This document shows, piece by piece, positions 61,827 through 64,000 of a DNA stretch of 64,000 bases. Source of the DNA: Bugula neritina (lineage: Eukaryota > Animalia > Bryozoa); assembly GCA_964035545.1 (NCBI GenBank), contig OZ037766.1, positions 14,560,722 to 14,624,721 on the forward strand, given 5' to 3'. How positions within the stretch are numbered: the stretch's first letter is position 1; every line of letters begins with the position of its first letter. Under the pieces are notes generated by a model. The model was given only the letters and a program-made list of their open reading frames with translations. It ran no database searches and had not been told where the DNA came from. Made by a program: the position numbers and the translations under genes.

Positions 61827-63189
61827 ATAATCGTTCTAAAACGTTTAAATTTACCCAAGAGTTTTGAGAATCGGGATAACCCAACCATTTTACTAAAGCC
61901 TTTTTACCTTTCTTTTTAATTACGCGCTCTATTCTATAAATTTCTTGACTCGTCTTTTGTAATTCCTGTTCGTAAAAGGTTCCTTGAATTTCTTCTCCTC
62001 CCGAGTCGGTTAATTTATAAGTAGTCGGATTAGTATATAATATTTTACTTATAGTAAACACTTCCTCCGTCCATCTAACGGTATAACCTTTTTCAAACGT
62101 TCGTTTTTTACGAGGTATACGCACTCTATCACCTATAGTAAATTTAGGTTTAGAAGGCGCTGGTAAGTTTGGATATAATTTTACGCGTACTTTATTTTCA
62201 TTAGAAGGATTACTAGCTTCAATCGGTGTCATTCCAATAGACGAATGTTTAGTCTCGTTATACCGTTTTACTAAATCTTTTAGTACGTCTATATATTTAT
62301 AAGTATTATTCGCCGAAAAATATTTAAACATTCGCTCTTTCATTGTTCTATTCCACCTCTCTACTACGCTAGACTTTTCTTCATTTTCCGTAGAATATAA
62401 TTCTATTAAGGACTTTACGTCTTTATTATAAAACTCTTTTCCCTTGTCAACCCATAAACGTTGCGGCTTACGATGAGTAAAAATAGTTTTTAAAGCTAAA
62501 GCCGTCGCTTTACCAGTCTTATTTTTTAAAGGTACTATCCAACCGTATTTTGAAAACACGTCTATTACCGTTAATAAATATTTATAACCGTTATTAAATT
62601 TAGCGAATTCAGTCATATCAACCAAGTCGGCCGCCCAAATATTATCAATACCCGATACCCAAACTCGTCTTTTACGAAATTTTTTTTGTACGGGTTTATG
62701 TAATTCTTCGGCTAACTCGTTCGTCCATCCCCATCCTAAACGCTTTTTCGCTCCTATTATTGCTGAAGCAAAACGACTGTGTCGCTGTTCGGAGGGCGTA
62801 GGATTAGGTATAGCTTTCAGTTCGTCTAGCATATTTTTATCACATATTTCGTTTCTAGTTTTAGTATCTTTATTAAGCGCGTAACATACGTCGTGTCTCA
62901 TGGCTATAGCGTCGTCTCGATCTACCGGTTTACTCCATTCTTTAGGAGTCATGTCGTCATTTAAACGTTTATTTAATTTAGTACCGGGTCCTAAAAAATT
63001 ATGACCGGGGTAATGCAATTCAAAGGGTAAATTGTTTATTAAATTATTCGCTAAACCCGACCCAACAAATGTAGTTTTTTTACATCCGCATTGACCGCAA
63101 TTACCGTAACCCATTAGTCTATTATTTTTACTTACTCTCTTTTCGTAATTGAGAGTTTTCGTTTTAATTTTACACTTACAACAATACAT
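61825..63189 (-). CDS. Retroviral-type (rve) integrase fused to an N-terminal Zn ribbon and a parvovirus-like PLA2, with a C-terminal chromodomain
   Basis: Zn ribbon CCKC...CGQC. PLA2 motifs HNFLGPGT...AMRHDVCY...D. DDE motifs WAADL, VDKGKEF and VVERWNRT. Chromodomain YRIERVIKKKGKKALVKWLGYPDSQNSWV. Confidence 0.93.
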   Translation of the reverse strand: MYCCKCKIKTKTLNYEKRVSKNNRLMGYGNCGQCGCKKTTFVGSGLANNLINNLPFELHYPGHNFLGPGTKLNKRLNDDMTPKEWSKPVDRDDAIAMRHDVCYALNKDTKTRNEICDKNMLDELKAIPNPTPSEQRHSRFASAIIGAKKRLGWGWTNELAEELHKPVQKKFRKRRVWVSGIDNIWAADLVDMTEFAKFNNGYKYLLTVIDVFSKYGWIVPLKNKTGKATALALKTIFTHRKPQRLWVDKGKEFYNKDVKSLIELYSTENEEKSSVVERWNRTMKERMFKYFSANNTYKYIDVLKDLVKRYNETKHSSIGMTPIEASNPSNENKVRVKLYPNLPAPSKPKFTIGDRVRIPRKKRTFEKGYTVRWTEEVFTISKILYTNPTTYKLTDSGGEEIQGTFYEQELQKTSQEIYRIERVIKKKGKKALVKWLGYPDSQNSWVNLNVLERL

Positions 63190-63204
63190 TTATTATAATA
63201 AATG
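63187..63204. promoter_or_regulatory. Perfect 18-bp palindrome CATTTATTATAATAAATG containing the start codons of integrase (-) and ATPase (+)
   Basis: The sequence is self-complementary and each strand reads TATAATAAATG. The promoter role is inferred. Confidence 0.6.
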
Positions 63205-63960
63205 GAAATAGAAAATCTTTCGTGGAAAAACGAAATTAATCGTAATAATAATCCTTTACTTCCTAAAAGCATAAGAGGTCTTATCGTTGGAAAGTCTGGA
63301 TGCGGTAAAACTACGTTACTTTGTAACTTACTATTACAACCTAATTGGCTCGATTACGATAAACTTATGATTTACGGTAAAAGTCTTTCTCAACCCGAAT
63401 ATATAAATATGAGGAAGGCTTTCGAACGTAAATTAACTAAAGAAGAAATTTTAAATTTTTTTAAAAATAACGAAGCGATAGTAAATTCGGGTATAAACGT
63501 AACTCGTGTTTTAAAAAATAGTAGGGGTAACGGTAACATAGACGCTGAATTTATAGAATCTAGTGACGACGTTTATGACCCTAGCGAATTAGACGCTAGT
63601 AATAAAAATTTAATAATATTCGATGATTTAATGTTGGAAAAACAAAAAACTTGCGAAAGTTATTACGTAAGAGGACGACATAATAACGTCGATTGCTTTT
63701 ATTTGTCGCAAAATTATTTTAAGCTGCCTAGAAATACTATTCGAGAAAACGCTAATTTTATTTGCTTATTTCCTCAAGACGGAAAAAACTTAAATCATAT
63801 ATATCAAGATCACATAAACGGAGATTTAACGTTAAACGAATTTAAAAACTTTTGTTATAAAGGATGGCAAAAACCTCACGGCTTTATTACTTTAGATCTT
63901 TCTTCCTCAAAAAATAATGGGAGGTATAGACACGGATTAGACGAATTTTATATACCGTAA
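63202..63960 (+). CDS. A32/FtsK-like DNA packaging ATPase
   Basis: Walker A GKSGCGKT, Walker B LIIFDD, arginine finger RGRH and SQ motif. Confidence 0.93.
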   Translation: MEIENLSWKNEINRNNNPLLPKSIRGLIVGKSGCGKTTLLCNLLLQPNWLDYDKLMIYGKSLSQPEYINMRKAFERKLTKEEILNFFKNNEAIVNSGINVTRVLKNSRGNGNIDAEFIESSDDVYDPSELDASNKNLIIFDDLMLEKQKTCESYYVRGRHNNVDCFYLSQNYFKLPRNTIRENANFICLFPQDGKNLNHIYQDHINGDLTLNEFKNFCYKGWQKPHGFITLDLSSSKNNGRYRHGLDEFYIP

Positions 63961-63963
63961 TAA

Positions 63964-64000
63964 ATGAGTGTTTATAAATTCGGAGGAAGCGGAAAAACGG
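63964..64000 (+). CDS. Start of the next Polinton ORF (MSVYKFGGSGKT...), truncated by the window
   Basis: TAATAAATG start directly after the ATPase stop. The frame is open to the window end. Confidence 0.55.
   Translation, partial: MSVYKFGGSGKT

Larger units (their letters stand above)
50778..64000. mobile_element. Polinton/Maverick (adintovirus-like endogenous virus), left end to window edge
   Basis: Begins with AGTAGT, typical of Polinton termini. Intronless, tightly packed ORFs encode pPolB, protease, capsid proteins, rve integrase and packaging ATPase. There is an abrupt shift to CpG-rich composition. The right end is outside the window. Confidence 0.96.

Overview
This is an AT-rich, intron-rich animal (invertebrate-like) genomic window. 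The host part (1 to ~50.7 kb) holds five genes. (1) The 3' part of a two-pore channel TPC1 gene (+), whose last intron carries a decayed Academ DNA transposon with TIRs and a 3-bp TSD. (2) A receptor tyrosine kinase (+) with a MET/RON-like kinase and IPT repeats, but a netrin/laminin-like ectodomain (LamNT-like plus LE) instead of Sema-PSI. (3) A BHMT-family methyltransferase (-). (4) An uncharacterised multi-exon gene (-) with a discoidin-like segment. (5) A secreted Hedgehog-related Hog protein (+) whose N-terminal cargo is EGF plus a beta-defensin-like 6-Cys module. From 50778 to the window end lies an apparently intact Polinton/Maverick (adintovirus-like) endogenous virus encoding pPolB, protease, major and minor capsid proteins, packaging ATPase, a Zn-ribbon/PLA2/integrase/chromodomain fusion and core proteins. 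Its most unusual traits are a ~104-nt fold-back hairpin at the very terminus and a TATA(T/AT)AAATG motif fused to the start codon of 14 genes. That motif includes a perfect 18-bp palindrome that puts two divergent ATGs 12 bp apart, reminiscent of poxvirus late promoters. Exon coordinates were derived by eye from GT/AG sites and frame continuity; no database searches were run.
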